DNA from: Alphaproteobacteria bacterium
GTDB taxonomy: Bacteria > Pseudomonadota > Alphaproteobacteria > UBA828
DNA length: 64,000 nt
Assembly (NCBI GenBank): GCA_965237415.1
Contig: CBDEFM010000002.1
Span: forward strand, 3,872,001-3,936,000
Direction: 5' to 3'
Shown: one piece after another, positions 51,847 to 62,234 of the stretch
Numbering within the stretch: the first letter of the stretch is position 1
How the letters are laid out: every line of letters starts with the position of its first letter
Notes under the pieces: model-generated
What the model saw: only the letters and a program-made list of their open reading frames with translations
What the model was told of the DNA's origin: nothing
Databases searched by the model: none
Made by a program: the position numbers and the translations under genes

Positions 51847-52551
51847 CTACCCGCCGAGGAACGAGCGCCGCACTTCGGGATCGGAGAGGAGCGCCGCGCC
51901 GGTATCCGTGTGGCGGTTCTCGCCGGTGACGAGCACATAGCCCCGATCGGCGATGGAGAGCGCCTGGGCGGCGTTCTGCTCGACCATGAGGATGGCGATG
52001 CCGGTCGCGCGAATTTCCAGGATACGGTCGAAGAGATCGTCCATGACCACGGGCGAGACGCCGGCGGTGGGCTCGTCCAGCATGAGCAGCCGGGGTTCGG
52101 TCATCAGCGCCCGGCCGATCGCCACCTGCTGACGCTGGCCGCCCGAGAGCTCGCCGGCAAGCTGGCGCCGCCTCTCCTTCAGGATCGGGAAGAGGTCGAA
52201 GACCAGCGCCATGGTGTCGGCGACGCCGTCGTGGCGAATGTAGGCGCCCATCTCCAGGTTTTCCTGGACGGTCATGGTGGTGAAGACGTTGCGCTCCTGC
52301 GGCACGAACCCCATGCCCTTGCGCACGCGCTCCTGCGGGCTGAGCCGGGTGATGTCCTCGCCGTCGAGCCGGATCGCACCCTCCCGCAGCATGACCATGC
52401 CGAAGATCGCCTTCATGGCGGTCGACTTGCCGGCGCCGTTGGGGCCCACGATGACCGCGACCTCGCCCTGTTCGGCCTCGATCGTGCAGCCGCGAATGAT
52501 GTCCGCACCGCCGTAGCCGCCGGTCATCCCTTCGCCGGCAAGAAAGCTCAT
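51847..52551 (-). CDS. livF: ABC ATP-binding protein (LivF-like)
   Basis: Motifs GPNGAGKST, LSGGQRQ and VEQNA. Confidence 0.9.
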   Translation of the reverse strand: MSFLAGEGMTGGYGGADIIRGCTIEAEQGEVAVIVGPNGAGKSTAMKAIFGMVMLREGAIRLDGEDITRLSPQERVRKGMGFVPQERNVFTTMTVQENLEMGAYIRHDGVADTMALVFDLFPILKERRRQLAGELSGGQRQQVAIGRALMTEPRLLMLDEPTAGVSPVVMDDLFDRILEIRATGIAILMVEQNAAQALSIADRGYVLVTGENRHTDTGAALLSDPEVRRSFLGG

Positions 52552-53387
52552 GACACGCCGAGGCCGCGTCTCCGGCCGTGTCCAAGGTAAGAGTCGATCA
52601 CCCGATGATCCGCCTTGACCTCGTCCGGGGAGCCCTGGGTCAACACCTTGCCTTCGGCCATGACGATGACCGGCTGGCAGAGGCGCGAAATGAAGTCGAT
52701 GTCGTGCTCGATCATGCAGAAGGTGTAGCCGCGCTCCCGATTGAGGCGGAGGATGGCGTCGCCGATGCTTCGCAGCAGGGTGCGGTTGACGCCGGCGCCC
52801 ACCTCGTCGAGGAAGACGATCCTGGGCTCGGTCATCATCGTCCGTCCGAGTTCCAGAAGCTTCTTCTGCCCGCCGGAAAGGGCGCCTGCGCGCTCGCTCG
52901 CGACCTCGTCCAGGCCGAGGAAGTGGATGACGTCCGCCGCCCGGGCGCGGAGCTCCGCCTCTTGCGCGCGCACCCTGCCGCGGCGGAACCAGGCACTGAC
53001 CAGCTCCTCCCCGGCCTGCCCGGCAGGCACCGTCGTCAGGTTCTCGGCGACGGTGAGGCTCGAGAATTCGTGGGCGATCTGGAATGTGCGCAACACGCCC
53101 CGGTGGAAGAGCCGGTGCGGCTTCAGCCCGGTGATGTCCTCGTCCTGCAGGAAGACCCGGCCCTCGGAGGGCTGATAGACGCCGGCGATGACGTTGAAGA
53201 GGGTGGTCTTGCCGGCCCCATTGGGGCCGATCAGGCCGGTGATCGATCCCTCCGCGATCTCCAGGCTGACCCCGTCGACGGCGCGGATGCCGCCGAAATG
53301 CAGGTGAACATTCTCGACCCGGATCATGGCAGGCGCGGCGTCCGCGCCGCCTGCCGGGGCAGGGGATGCGGCCGGCGGCCCGGTCAT
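52548..53387 (-). CDS. livG: ABC ATP-binding protein (LivG-like)
   Basis: Motifs GPNGAGKTT, RTFQ, LSGGQKK and IEHD. Confidence 0.9.
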   Translation of the reverse strand: MTGPPAASPAPAGGADAAPAMIRVENVHLHFGGIRAVDGVSLEIAEGSITGLIGPNGAGKTTLFNVIAGVYQPSEGRVFLQDEDITGLKPHRLFHRGVLRTFQIAHEFSSLTVAENLTTVPAGQAGEELVSAWFRRGRVRAQEAELRARAADVIHFLGLDEVASERAGALSGGQKKLLELGRTMMTEPRIVFLDEVGAGVNRTLLRSIGDAILRLNRERGYTFCMIEHDIDFISRLCQPVIVMAEGKVLTQGSPDEVKADHRVIDSYLGHGRRRGLGVS

Positions 53388-53420
53388 CGCTGCCCGAGCC
53401 GCCGTCCCTGGTGCGCTAAC

Positions 53421-54629
53421 TTAACGGATGGCCTTGGTCACGAACTCACCACCCTCGACCTCAAGCTCCTTGTAGGACCCCGCAGCCTCGCCCACATCGG
53501 TGAACTCGACGCCGCTCGCCCCGACATAGTCGATCTCCCCGCCGTCGGCGAGGATCTGCAGTCCCTTGGCCAGCTCGCCCGGCAGGATCTGCTCGCCCGG
53601 TGCGTTGGCGACGGCCATGACGTGCGCCTGGATGGCGCCGCGATCGGCCGAGCCTGCGGCCTGCATGGCGAGCGCGATGAGCGCCGCGGCATCGTAAGAC
53701 TCACCACGGAACGGACCATCGCCTTCCACTCCGTTGGCGGCGGCATGATCGAGGAACATCTGGGCGCCCTCGGATGCGGAGCCCGGCACCGTGCCGATCG
53801 TGCCGTTCAGCGCGTCGCCGATTGCCTCGATCAGCGTGTCTCCGATCATGCCGTCGGCGATGACGAAGTTCTCGAAGGCGCCGGTGTCGACGGCCGTCTG
53901 GATGATCCCCTTGCCGCCCTGGTCGACATAGCCGAAGACGACCAGGTGTTCGGCACCCGAAGCGGCGAGTGCGCCCACCTCGGCCGAGTAGTCGCCCTTG
54001 CCGTCCTCGTGGGCCGCCGAGATTTCGACGGTGCCGCCGAGGGCGGTGAAGGCGTCGCTGAAGCTGCCGTCGAGCCCCTTGCCGTAGTCGTTGTTCGTGT
54101 AGGTGACAGCGACGCTGTCGATGCCGCGCTCGATCAGGATTTCGGCCATCACCTGCCCCTGCCTGGCATCGGAGGGCGCGGTGCGGAAGAAGAGGCCGTT
54201 GTCCTCGATCGTGGTGAGTGCCGGCGAGGTCGCCGACGGCGAGATGGTGACCACGCCATTCGGCACCGAGACGTTGTTGGTGATGGCGATGGTGACGCCG
54301 GAACAGTCGGCGCCGAAGATCGCGGCGACCCCTTCGGCGGTGACCAGACGCTCCGCTGCGGCCGTGGCTGCGGCCGCGTCGATGCAGGTCGAATCGCCCC
54401 TGACCGGCACAAGCACCTTGCCGCCCAGGAAGGCGCCGGAGTCCGATGCTTCCTTCAAGGCCAGCTCCGCCGAAGCCCCCATGGCGGGCGTCAACGACTC
54501 GATCGGGCCGGTAAAGCCGAGGATGACCCCGACCTTCACCTCGTGGCCGTCGGCCTTGGCCTCCGGCGCCATTCCAAGACACAGCGCGGCGGCAGCCGCG
54601 ACGAATGCAACCCACCGTATTCTGCTCAT
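53421..54629 (-). CDS. Branched-chain amino acid-type ABC substrate-binding protein
   Basis: Signal peptide from MSRIRW; motifs SPSATSP, FFRTAPSD and NNDYG. Confidence 0.9.
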   Translation of the reverse strand: MSRIRWVAFVAAAAALCLGMAPEAKADGHEVKVGVILGFTGPIESLTPAMGASAELALKEASDSGAFLGGKVLVPVRGDSTCIDAAAATAAAERLVTAEGVAAIFGADCSGVTIAITNNVSVPNGVVTISPSATSPALTTIEDNGLFFRTAPSDARQGQVMAEILIERGIDSVAVTYTNNDYGKGLDGSFSDAFTALGGTVEISAAHEDGKGDYSAEVGALAASGAEHLVVFGYVDQGGKGIIQTAVDTGAFENFVIADGMIGDTLIEAIGDALNGTIGTVPGSASEGAQMFLDHAAANGVEGDGPFRGESYDAAALIALAMQAAGSADRGAIQAHVMAVANAPGEQILPGELAKGLQILADGGEIDYVGASGVEFTDVGEAAGSYKELEVEGGEFVTKAIR

Positions 54630-54846
54630 GATGCGTGCCTCCCTGTCCTCGGGTCGCGACCGCACGCCCCAACGATGTCCCGGCGCGCCGGCCGGTTGGC
54701 CAATCATAGCGCGGTTCGCACCGCGATTCGAAGAGATTGGGGCCGCCGCTTCCATTCCGATAGGCGTTGGCGACGGTCTGCGCGTTGACGGGTGGCGGGG
54801 CAGGGACTATCTCTCAGGCCAAGTGGCGCATCAGACGGATGACGCG

Positions 54847-56781
54847 ATGGTGGACGTGCAGACCGAGCGGCCGACCACGTCCGTCACGGACGATGCCGCG
54901 GCGCTTGCCGACCCGGGAGTCTCGCTCGAGCGCGGAGTCGCGGCGCTGCGCAAGGCGCTGACGACCATGCCGGCGAGCGCGGGCGTCTATTGCATGCGCG
55001 ACCGGCACGAGAAGCCGCTCTATGTGGGCAAGGCCAAGAGCCTGAAGAAGCGGGTCGCGACCTACGTCAACGTCCGCACGCTGCCCGTCCGCCTGCAGCG
55101 CATGATAGCGGGCACGACATCGGTCGAGGTGATCACGACGGAGAGCGAAGTCGAGGCGCTCCTGCTCGAGAGCAACATGATCAAGCGGCTCAAGCCGCAC
55201 TACAACATCCTGCTGCGAGACGACAAATCGTTCCCATACATTCTGCTTCGCCGGGGCCATCGCTGGCCGCAGATCACGAAGTACCGCGGCGCCAAGAGCG
55301 GGCAGGGCGACTACTTCGGCCCATTCGCGTCCGCCGGCGCCGTGGACCTCACGATCAACGCGCTCCAGCGCGCGTTCCCGCTGCGCTCGTGCTCGGATTC
55401 GGTGCTGGAGAGCCGCACCCGGCCCTGCCTGCAGTATCAGATCAAGCGCTGCACCGCGCCCTGCGTCGGCCGGATCGGCAAGGCCGACTACGACGGGCTG
55501 GTGGAGGAGGCGCGGGCCTTCCTTGCCGGGCGGAGCCGGCAGGTCCAGCGCCGCCTCACCGATCGCATGACAGCGGCGAGCGACGCGCTGGAGTTCGAGA
55601 CGGCCGCAGCCTATCGCGACCGCATCAAGGCGCTCGCCCATATTCAGATGCGCCAAGGCATCAACCTGCCCTCCATGGGCGATGCCGATGTCGTCGCCAT
55701 CCACGACGAGGCGGGCCAGGCCTGCGTGCAGGTCTTCTTCTTCCGCTCGGGCCAGAACTACGGCAATCGGGCGTTCTTTCCGCGCCACGGGGCCGACGAC
55801 ACGCCCGAGGCGATCCTCCGCGCCTTCATCGGGCAATTCTACAGTGGGCGGGAGGCGCCACCCCTCGTTCTGGTGAACCGGCCGTTGGAGGAGGCGCCGC
55901 TGCTCGCCGAGGCGCTCACGCTCAAGGCGGGGCGGCGGGTCAAGCTCCATCGCCCCCTACGCGGCGCGAAGCGCAAGCTGCTGGAGGATGCCGAGCGCAA
56001 CGCGCGGGAGGCGCTCGCACGCAGGCTCGGCGAGAGCACGGCGCAGCGGCGTTTGCTGGAGAGCCTGGCCCAGCGCTTCGAGTTGGAGGGCGCGCCGGAC
56101 CGGGTCGAGGTCTACGACAACAGCCACATCTCGGGCACCGATGCGGTCGGCAGCATGATCGTCGCGGGGCCGGAAGGCTACATCAAGAGCGCCTATCGCA
56201 AGTTCACGATCCGCTCGACGGCGGCATACGACTCGGCCTCGCCTGGCGACGACTACGCCATGATGCGGGAGGTGCTGACCCGGCGCTTTTCCCGCCTTAT
56301 CAAGGAAGACCCCGGGCGTTCCGGCGAGTCGTGGCCCGACCTGGTGCTGATCGATGGCGGCGCCGGTCAGCTTGGCGAGGCGCGCCGGGTGTTCGCCGAT
56401 CTCGGCATTGCCGATCTCGCGGTCGCGGCGATCGCCAAGGGGCCGGAACGCAACGCCGGGCGCGAGCGCGTCTTCCTGCCCGACCGGCCGCCGGTCGCTC
56501 TCGGCGCGCGCGATCCGCTGCTCTACTTCCTGCAGCGCCTGCGGGACGAGGCGCATCGGTTTGCTATCGGCACCCACAGGGCCAAGCGGGCCAAGGCGCG
56601 CGCCCGCTCGGCGCTCGACGAGATTCCGGGCGTCGGCCCCCGGCGCAAGAAGGCGCTGCTCCACCGCTTCGGCTCGGCGCGGGGGGTGAGCCAGGCGGGA
56701 CTCGCCGATCTTGAGACCGTCGACGGCATATCGAGCGCGGTCGCGCGCGCGATCCATGACCATTTCCGTGCCGATGGCTGA
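54847..56781 (+). CDS. uvrC: Excinuclease ABC subunit C
   Basis: GIY-YIG region (GVY..LYVGKAK), then YDNSH, DGGAGQ, RDEAHRFA and an HhH tail. Confidence 0.97.
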   Translation: MVDVQTERPTTSVTDDAAALADPGVSLERGVAALRKALTTMPASAGVYCMRDRHEKPLYVGKAKSLKKRVATYVNVRTLPVRLQRMIAGTTSVEVITTESEVEALLLESNMIKRLKPHYNILLRDDKSFPYILLRRGHRWPQITKYRGAKSGQGDYFGPFASAGAVDLTINALQRAFPLRSCSDSVLESRTRPCLQYQIKRCTAPCVGRIGKADYDGLVEEARAFLAGRSRQVQRRLTDRMTAASDALEFETAAAYRDRIKALAHIQMRQGINLPSMGDADVVAIHDEAGQACVQVFFFRSGQNYGNRAFFPRHGADDTPEAILRAFIGQFYSGREAPPLVLVNRPLEEAPLLAEALTLKAGRRVKLHRPLRGAKRKLLEDAERNAREALARRLGESTAQRRLLESLAQRFELEGAPDRVEVYDNSHISGTDAVGSMIVAGPEGYIKSAYRKFTIRSTAAYDSASPGDDYAMMREVLTRRFSRLIKEDPGRSGESWPDLVLIDGGAGQLGEARRVFADLGIADLAVAAIAKGPERNAGRERVFLPDRPPVALGARDPLLYFLQRLRDEAHRFAIGTHRAKRAKARARSALDEIPGVGPRRKKALLHRFGSARGVSQAGLADLETVDGISSAVARAIHDHFRADG

Positions 56782-57406
56782 CGGCTCCGAGGCCCGGAAG
56801 CCCGTGGCAGAGGACGACCCGCTGCGCGTGGCGAGCTGGCCCAATGCCGTCACGGGGCTTCGCATCGTCATGGTTCCCGTCCTTGTCGGCGCATTCTTCA
56901 TCGACGGCCGGACCGGGCTTTGGCTGGGGTTTGCGGTCTTCGCGGCCGCGGCCCTCAGCGATTTTTTGGACGGCTGGCTAGCACGGAGGCTCGATCAGCA
57001 CTCGCTGCTGGGGCGGATCCTCGATCCCATCGCCGACAAGCTCCTCGTCGCGGCGGCGCTGGTCATGCTGGCCACCGACGACAGGGCGCCGGTGATCGCC
57101 GTGGTGGCGATCCTCGGTCGCGAATTCCTGATTTCGGGGCTCAGGGAGGCTCTGGCCGGCACCGTGGCGCTCCCGGTCCAGACTCTCGCCAAGTGGAAGA
57201 CTGCCGCCCAGATGGGCGCCATCGCCCTGCTGCTGCTCGCCCCCGCCATCGCACCGCTCTTGCCCGGCACCGCTGCGGACGGACTCGCCACCGCCGGCGA
57301 GTGGCTGCTATGGCTCGCAGTGGTGCTGACCTGGGGCAGCGCAATCGGCTATGTTCGGGACGCCGTGCGTGGCCTTCGCGCTGCACGGTCGCGTGAGGAG
57401 GAATAA
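56774..57406 (+). CDS. pgsA: CDP-diacylglycerol--glycerol-3-phosphate 3-phosphatidyltransferase
   Basis: DFLDGWLARR..GRILDPIADK and REFLISGLRE; follows uvrC. Confidence 0.92.
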   Translation: MADGSEARKPVAEDDPLRVASWPNAVTGLRIVMVPVLVGAFFIDGRTGLWLGFAVFAAAALSDFLDGWLARRLDQHSLLGRILDPIADKLLVAAALVMLATDDRAPVIAVVAILGREFLISGLREALAGTVALPVQTLAKWKTAAQMGAIALLLLAPAIAPLLPGTAADGLATAGEWLLWLAVVLTWGSAIGYVRDAVRGLRAARSREEE

Positions 57407-57955
57407 GTGCAACGCTTCGGGGTCACGGGATTGAGCGACAGCGGCAAGACCACGCTGGTCTGCCGGCTGCTGCCGCGGCTACGCGAGCGTGGCTTGCGCG
57501 TGGCGACCGTGAAGCATGCGCACCATGGCTTCGACTTACTGCCCGAGGGGCATCCGGCCCACGCGTGGCGTGCCGCCGGTGCCCGCGACATCGTGCTGGC
57601 GGCGCCCGACCGCATCGCCCATCTCTGCGAGACGGGCGATGACGGCGAGCCGCCGCTGGATCGGCTGCTTGAGCGCGTAGAGCCCGCCGACCTCGTGTTG
57701 ATCGAGGGATACAAGCGCGGCGGCCACGACAAGATCGAGGTGCGGCGAGGCGCGCGCGAGGGTCCGCTCCTCGCTGCATCGGATTCGACCGTCGTCGCCA
57801 TTGCCAGCGACCGGCCGGTGCCGGAAGCGGCCTCGCTCCAGCATCCGGTGCCGGTATTCGAAATCGACGACGTGGCGGCGATTGCGTCGTTCGTGGTGAC
57901 GCATTGCGCCGCTGCCGACAACGATGACTCGGTGTCGATCAATGGCACAGCTTAG
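57407..57955 (+). CDS. mobB: Molybdopterin-guanine dinucleotide biosynthesis protein B
   Basis: Motifs GLSDSGKTT, KHAHH and DLVLIEGYK. Confidence 0.9.
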   Translation: MQRFGVTGLSDSGKTTLVCRLLPRLRERGLRVATVKHAHHGFDLLPEGHPAHAWRAAGARDIVLAAPDRIAHLCETGDDGEPPLDRLLERVEPADLVLIEGYKRGGHDKIEVRRGAREGPLLAASDSTVVAIASDRPVPEAASLQHPVPVFEIDDVAAIASFVVTHCAAADNDDSVSINGTA

Positions 57956-59198
57956 CGACGACTGCTTCGCCTTCGGCGGTGCCCTGACCCCGGCGGCGGA
58001 AGCGCTGGCCCAGCTTGAGAGCGTCGTCCATCCCATCGCCGAGACCGAGACGGTCGACCTGCGCGCGGCGAACGGGCGCATCCTGGCGGAGACCGTGATC
58101 TCGGAACGTGCCGTGCCGCCGCACGACAACGCCGCCGTGGACGGCTATGCCGTCTTCTTCGACGACCTCGATGCCGCAGAGGACACGCGGCTGCCCTGCA
58201 CCGGGCGGGCTGCCGCCGGGCACCCGCTCGGGCGCCCGGCCGTGCGCGGCGAGGCGATCCGCGTCTTCACCGGCGCCCCGATGCCGCCCGGCCCCGACAC
58301 CGTGCTCATGCAGGAGGACTGCCGCGCAGATGGCGACGCCGTCATCGTGCCGCCCGGGATCAAGCGCGGCGCCAATCGGCGGAATGCCGGAGAGGATATC
58401 ACGCCCGGCACGACCATCCTGACCGCCGGCCGGGCTCTCAGGCCGCAGGACATCGGCCTCGCCGCTTCCGTCGGACGCACCGGGCTCGCGGTCTTCCGTC
58501 GGCTGCGGGTGGCGATCTTCTCAACCGGCGACGAGGTCTATGAGCCCGGCGCGGCGCTCGGCGAGGGCGGCATCTACGATTCCAACCGCTACGTCATCGC
58601 CGGCCTCGCGGAGCGGCTCGGCTGCGCCGTCACCGATATGGGCATCCTGCCCGATTCGCTGGGCGTGATTACCGACGCCCTGGCTGCGCGGAGCCACGAT
58701 CACGACCTTCTGCTCACCTCCGGCGGGATGTCGACCGGCGACGAGGATCACGTCAAGGCCGCGGTGGAGGCCCTCGGCCATCTTCACTTCTGGCGCCTCG
58801 CCATTCGGCCGGGGCGGCCCATCGCCCTCGGCCAGGTCGGCCGCGTGCCCTTCATCGGGCTTCCCGGCAACCCGGTAGCCGTCATGGTCACGTTCCTGCG
58901 CTTCGCGCGCCCGTTGATCCTGCGTCTCGGTGGCTGCACCGAGGTGGAGCCTGCGCACTATCGGGTGGCGGCGGGTTTCGACTACCGGAAGAAGAAGGGG
59001 AGGCGCGAATGGCTGCGCGCCCGTTTGTCCACACGGCCGGACGGCACCCTCGCGGCGGAAAAATTCGCCCGTGACGGTGCCGGGATCCTCACGTCGGCGG
59101 TCTTCGCCGACGGCCTGATCGAGCTGCCAGAAGACCTCACCACGCTCAGCGTGGGCACGATGGTCGACTTTCTTCCGTTCAACGAGATGTACCGATGA
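57942..59198 (+). CDS. moeA: Molybdopterin molybdotransferase MoeA
   Basis: Motifs AVDGYA, TGAPMP, STGDE, SGGMSTG and GLPGNP. Confidence 0.95.
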   Translation: MAQLSDDCFAFGGALTPAAEALAQLESVVHPIAETETVDLRAANGRILAETVISERAVPPHDNAAVDGYAVFFDDLDAAEDTRLPCTGRAAAGHPLGRPAVRGEAIRVFTGAPMPPGPDTVLMQEDCRADGDAVIVPPGIKRGANRRNAGEDITPGTTILTAGRALRPQDIGLAASVGRTGLAVFRRLRVAIFSTGDEVYEPGAALGEGGIYDSNRYVIAGLAERLGCAVTDMGILPDSLGVITDALAARSHDHDLLLTSGGMSTGDEDHVKAAVEALGHLHFWRLAIRPGRPIALGQVGRVPFIGLPGNPVAVMVTFLRFARPLILRLGGCTEVEPAHYRVAAGFDYRKKKGRREWLRARLSTRPDGTLAAEKFARDGAGILTSAVFADGLIELPEDLTTLSVGTMVDFLPFNEMYR

Positions 59199-59455
59199 CG
59201 CTGCTCTATTTCGCCTGGGTCAGGGAGCAGATCGGCCGCGATGCCGAGGAGATCGCGCTCCCCTCGGACGTTCAGACGGTGGCGGCGCTGCTCGACTGGC
59301 TGCGGAGCCGCGGCGGCGGCTATGCCAGCGCGCTCAATGACCTCTCGGTGATCCGGGTCGCGGTAAATCAGGAATTCGCGGCACCCGACCATGCGGTCGC
59401 CGATGGCGACGAAATCGCGCTCTTCCCGCCGGTGACCGGTGGAGCCCCGTCGTGA
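59195..59455 (+). CDS. moaD: Molybdopterin synthase sulfur carrier subunit (with a 3-aa extension after GG)
   Basis: Motifs LLYFAWVRE, AVNQE and DEIALFPPVTGG, followed by APS. Confidence 0.92.
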   Translation: MTLLYFAWVREQIGRDAEEIALPSDVQTVAALLDWLRSRGGGYASALNDLSVIRVAVNQEFAAPDHAVADGDEIALFPPVTGGAPS

Positions 59456-59910
59456 TTCGCGTCCAGCGCGAGGACTTCGATATCGGTGCCGAAATCGAGG
59501 CGCTCACGGGCGGCAACAACGAGATCGGCGCCGTCGCGTCGTTCGTCGGCATCACCCGTGCCGACGCGGGCGCCGGCCCGGCGATCAAGGCGATGACGCT
59601 GGAGCACTATCCGGCGATGACCGAGAAGCAGCTCGCGGACATCGAGGCCGAGGCGTGTCAGCGCTGGGACCTGACCGCCTCGCTGATCATCCACCGCTAC
59701 GGACGGCTCGAGCCCGGCGATCGGATCGTGCTGGTGGTGACCGCTGCCTCTCACCGCCGCGCCGCGCTCGATGCCTGCGCCTTCCTCATCGACTGGCTCA
59801 AGACCAAGGCGCCGTTCTGGAAGCGCGAGGAAACCGCCGACGGCCCGCGCTGGGTCGCTGCGCGGGCCGCTGACGACCAAGCCGCCTCGCGCTGGCGCGG
59901 CGCGTCGTGA
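59452..59910 (+). CDS. moaE: Molybdopterin synthase catalytic subunit
   Basis: Motifs LEHYPAM, IHRYG, HR and LKTKAPFWKRE. Confidence 0.95.
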   Translation: MIRVQREDFDIGAEIEALTGGNNEIGAVASFVGITRADAGAGPAIKAMTLEHYPAMTEKQLADIEAEACQRWDLTASLIIHRYGRLEPGDRIVLVVTAASHRRAALDACAFLIDWLKTKAPFWKREETADGPRWVAARAADDQAASRWRGAS

Positions 59911-59970
59911 CTGCGCCGCTGCAGCGGCCCCAATTCGTACACCCCCTCGCGAGACGGACAGCACTCTCGT

Positions 59971-60915
59971 ATGCCGGGCGATGAGCGCATTCTCGTCATC
60001 AAGCACGGCGCGCTCGGCGATTGGGTTCTTGCCACCGGGTGTTTCTCGGCGATCCGCCGTCATCACCCGTCCGCGCGCATCACGTTGCTGACGACGCCGG
60101 CATTCGCGGACTGGGGCGCGCGCTGCCCATGGTTCGACGAGGTATGGACGGACGAACGTCGGAGTCTGCTTGCCAAGCCGCTCGCGTGGGCCAAGCTGCG
60201 CCGACGCCTGATCGACGCGGAGTTCGCGCGCGTCTACGACCTCCAGACCTCAGGCCGCACGGGCCTTTACTTCCGGATGCTTCCCCGTCGCCGCCGCCCC
60301 GAATGGTCGGGAGAAGTCGCCGGTTGCTCTCATCCGCACCGCAATCCTCAGTGGGCGTCCAGGCATACGGTCGCGGTTCGGGCCGAGCAGCTCGGCATCG
60401 CGGGGATCGGCGGCGTGCCGCCGCCGACTCTCGACTGGCTGGACGCCGATGTGGGGGAGCTGGCACCGCCCGGAGCCTTTTCGCTGATCGTTCCGGGAGG
60501 ATCGCCGCATCGACCCGAAAAGCGCTGGCCGGCGGAGCATTTCGCCGATCTTGCCAGACGCCTGTCGGAGCGCGGTTGTCCGCCGGTCCTGATCGGCACG
60601 GCTGCCGAGGCGTCGGTCCTGGCCAGCATTTCGCGCGAGGTGCCGGGCGCGATCAATCTCGGCGGGCGCACCAGCCTCGGGCAAGTCGCTGCCGTGGCGC
60701 GGCGCGCGACATGCGCCGTGGGCAACGATACGGGACCCATTCACATCGCGGCCACGGTCGGCTGCCCGACCGTCGCGCTGTTCGGGGCTGCCTCCGACCC
60801 CAAGCGGAGCGCGCCGTGCGGACAAGCCGTTACGACTCTGCGTCGCGTGCCGCTCGCCAGCCTTGCAGTCGATGACGTCATCGACGCCACTCAACGAATA
60901 TCTAATGGCGCCTGA
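59971..60915 (+). CDS. Glycosyltransferase family 9 (LPS heptosyltransferase-like)
   Basis: Motifs ILVIKHGALGD, KRWP and NDTGPIHIA. Confidence 0.9.
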   Translation: MPGDERILVIKHGALGDWVLATGCFSAIRRHHPSARITLLTTPAFADWGARCPWFDEVWTDERRSLLAKPLAWAKLRRRLIDAEFARVYDLQTSGRTGLYFRMLPRRRRPEWSGEVAGCSHPHRNPQWASRHTVAVRAEQLGIAGIGGVPPPTLDWLDADVGELAPPGAFSLIVPGGSPHRPEKRWPAEHFADLARRLSERGCPPVLIGTAAEASVLASISREVPGAINLGGRTSLGQVAAVARRATCAVGNDTGPIHIAATVGCPTVALFGAASDPKRSAPCGQAVTTLRRVPLASLAVDDVIDATQRISNGA

Positions 60916-60933
60916 CAGCGCCCTGTGACTGCC

Positions 60934-62184
60934 ATGTCCCCATCTTCCAAAAGCCCCGGCGGGGAGACCGCAGTGACACGGACCTTGAACAGGCCAAGGG
61001 CGCTTCTGACAGCGATATTCTGCGCGTTCGCCGCGCTTCTGCCGATCGTCAGCGTGATGGCGCCCAAGGGCACGGTGGTGCTCCTGCTGCTCGCAGTACT
61101 CCTCGCCGTCCCGACCTATTGGTGGGCCTACAGGCGACTTCCGGTTCCGGATTTGCGTTTCTCCATTGCTCTCATCCTCCTGGTCGTGTGGTGCGCCATC
61201 GCTTCGGCTTGGAGCGACGACCCGACGCGATCTCTCGTGCTCGCCCTTCGCATCGCAGTGATTTTCGCGGCCGGTATGGTCTTGTTCCCTATCGTGGCTA
61301 CCTTGGATGACGCGGCGAAAAATCGCATTGGCCTGTGGCTCGTCGCCGGGTTCGGTCTGAGCCTAGCCCTCATGGTAGTGGAATTCGGGCTCGACTATCC
61401 GACCATTCGTTCCGTAAAGGAGGTAAGCAGCGGGCGCGAAGCAACCTCTCTCAGTCGTGGTGCGATCGCGCTGTCGTTAATTGTGTGGCCGGTGGTGGCA
61501 TATCTCTGGAGCAAGGGGATTGGCTGGAAAGCGCTCGTCATCCCTGTTTTGCTCGGGATCCTTTCGACTTTTCTTGAAAGCGCGGCGGCGACTCTCGGAT
61601 TCGCTATAGGCTTCGCGACAGTTCTTCTCGTCGCCAGCAATCGCAAAATCGGGCGCTTTCTTACACTTGCGGCTTGTGTCGTAGCGTTCGTCGCACTGCC
61701 CTTCGCAATGCGGGAAATGCACAACCAGGAATGGCAACGGGCCGATTGGCTATCCGGCTCGGAACGGCATCGCGTGGAGATATGGAATTTCTCGTTGGAA
61801 CGAATCGTAGAGAGGCCTGTTCTCGGATGGGGATTCGACGGTTCCCGACATCTCGCAGAGAACTTCTTTGGCGCCGACGAAGCCGGTCGTAGCATATTGC
61901 CGTTGCATCCGCACAACGGGCCGCTGCAGATCATGCTCGAACTGGGTGCCGTCGGTGCCGTTATTGTATTGGCGCTGCTTTGGCTGATTGCGATCCAAAT
62001 GAACAATTTGTCACGCCGAACCCGGGAATGTGGGCAGGCCCTGCTAGTCGCCGCCTTGGCTATCGGGTGCGTGGCCTTTGGTCAGTGGCAGAACTGGTGG
62101 CTCGCGTTAATCTTTTCGGTCGCCCTTTTGGTGCCACTTATGGCCACCCCAGCAGTGCGGAATGGCGCGAGTCAACCACTATAG
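60934..62184 (+). CDS. O-antigen ligase family (WaaL/Wzy_C) membrane protein
   Basis: Multiple transmembrane segments; motifs R.EIW, P.LGWG and HPHNGPLQIMLELG; exact start uncertain. Confidence 0.88.
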   Translation: MSPSSKSPGGETAVTRTLNRPRALLTAIFCAFAALLPIVSVMAPKGTVVLLLLAVLLAVPTYWWAYRRLPVPDLRFSIALILLVVWCAIASAWSDDPTRSLVLALRIAVIFAAGMVLFPIVATLDDAAKNRIGLWLVAGFGLSLALMVVEFGLDYPTIRSVKEVSSGREATSLSRGAIALSLIVWPVVAYLWSKGIGWKALVIPVLLGILSTFLESAAATLGFAIGFATVLLVASNRKIGRFLTLAACVVAFVALPFAMREMHNQEWQRADWLSGSERHRVEIWNFSLERIVERPVLGWGFDGSRHLAENFFGADEAGRSILPLHPHNGPLQIMLELGAVGAVIVLALLWLIAIQMNNLSRRTRECGQALLVAALAIGCVAFGQWQNWWLALIFSVALLVPLMATPAVRNGASQPL

Positions 62185-62234
62185 GGCCTGCCCGTCAAAT
62201 TGTGCTCGCGCGTTCCCTGACGATCCTGCAGTGT

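Noticed and set aside
54103-54846. N-terminally extended 892-aa UvrC
   Set aside because: The extension is mostly the antisense frame of the binding-protein gene; UvrC similarity begins after the ATG at 54847.
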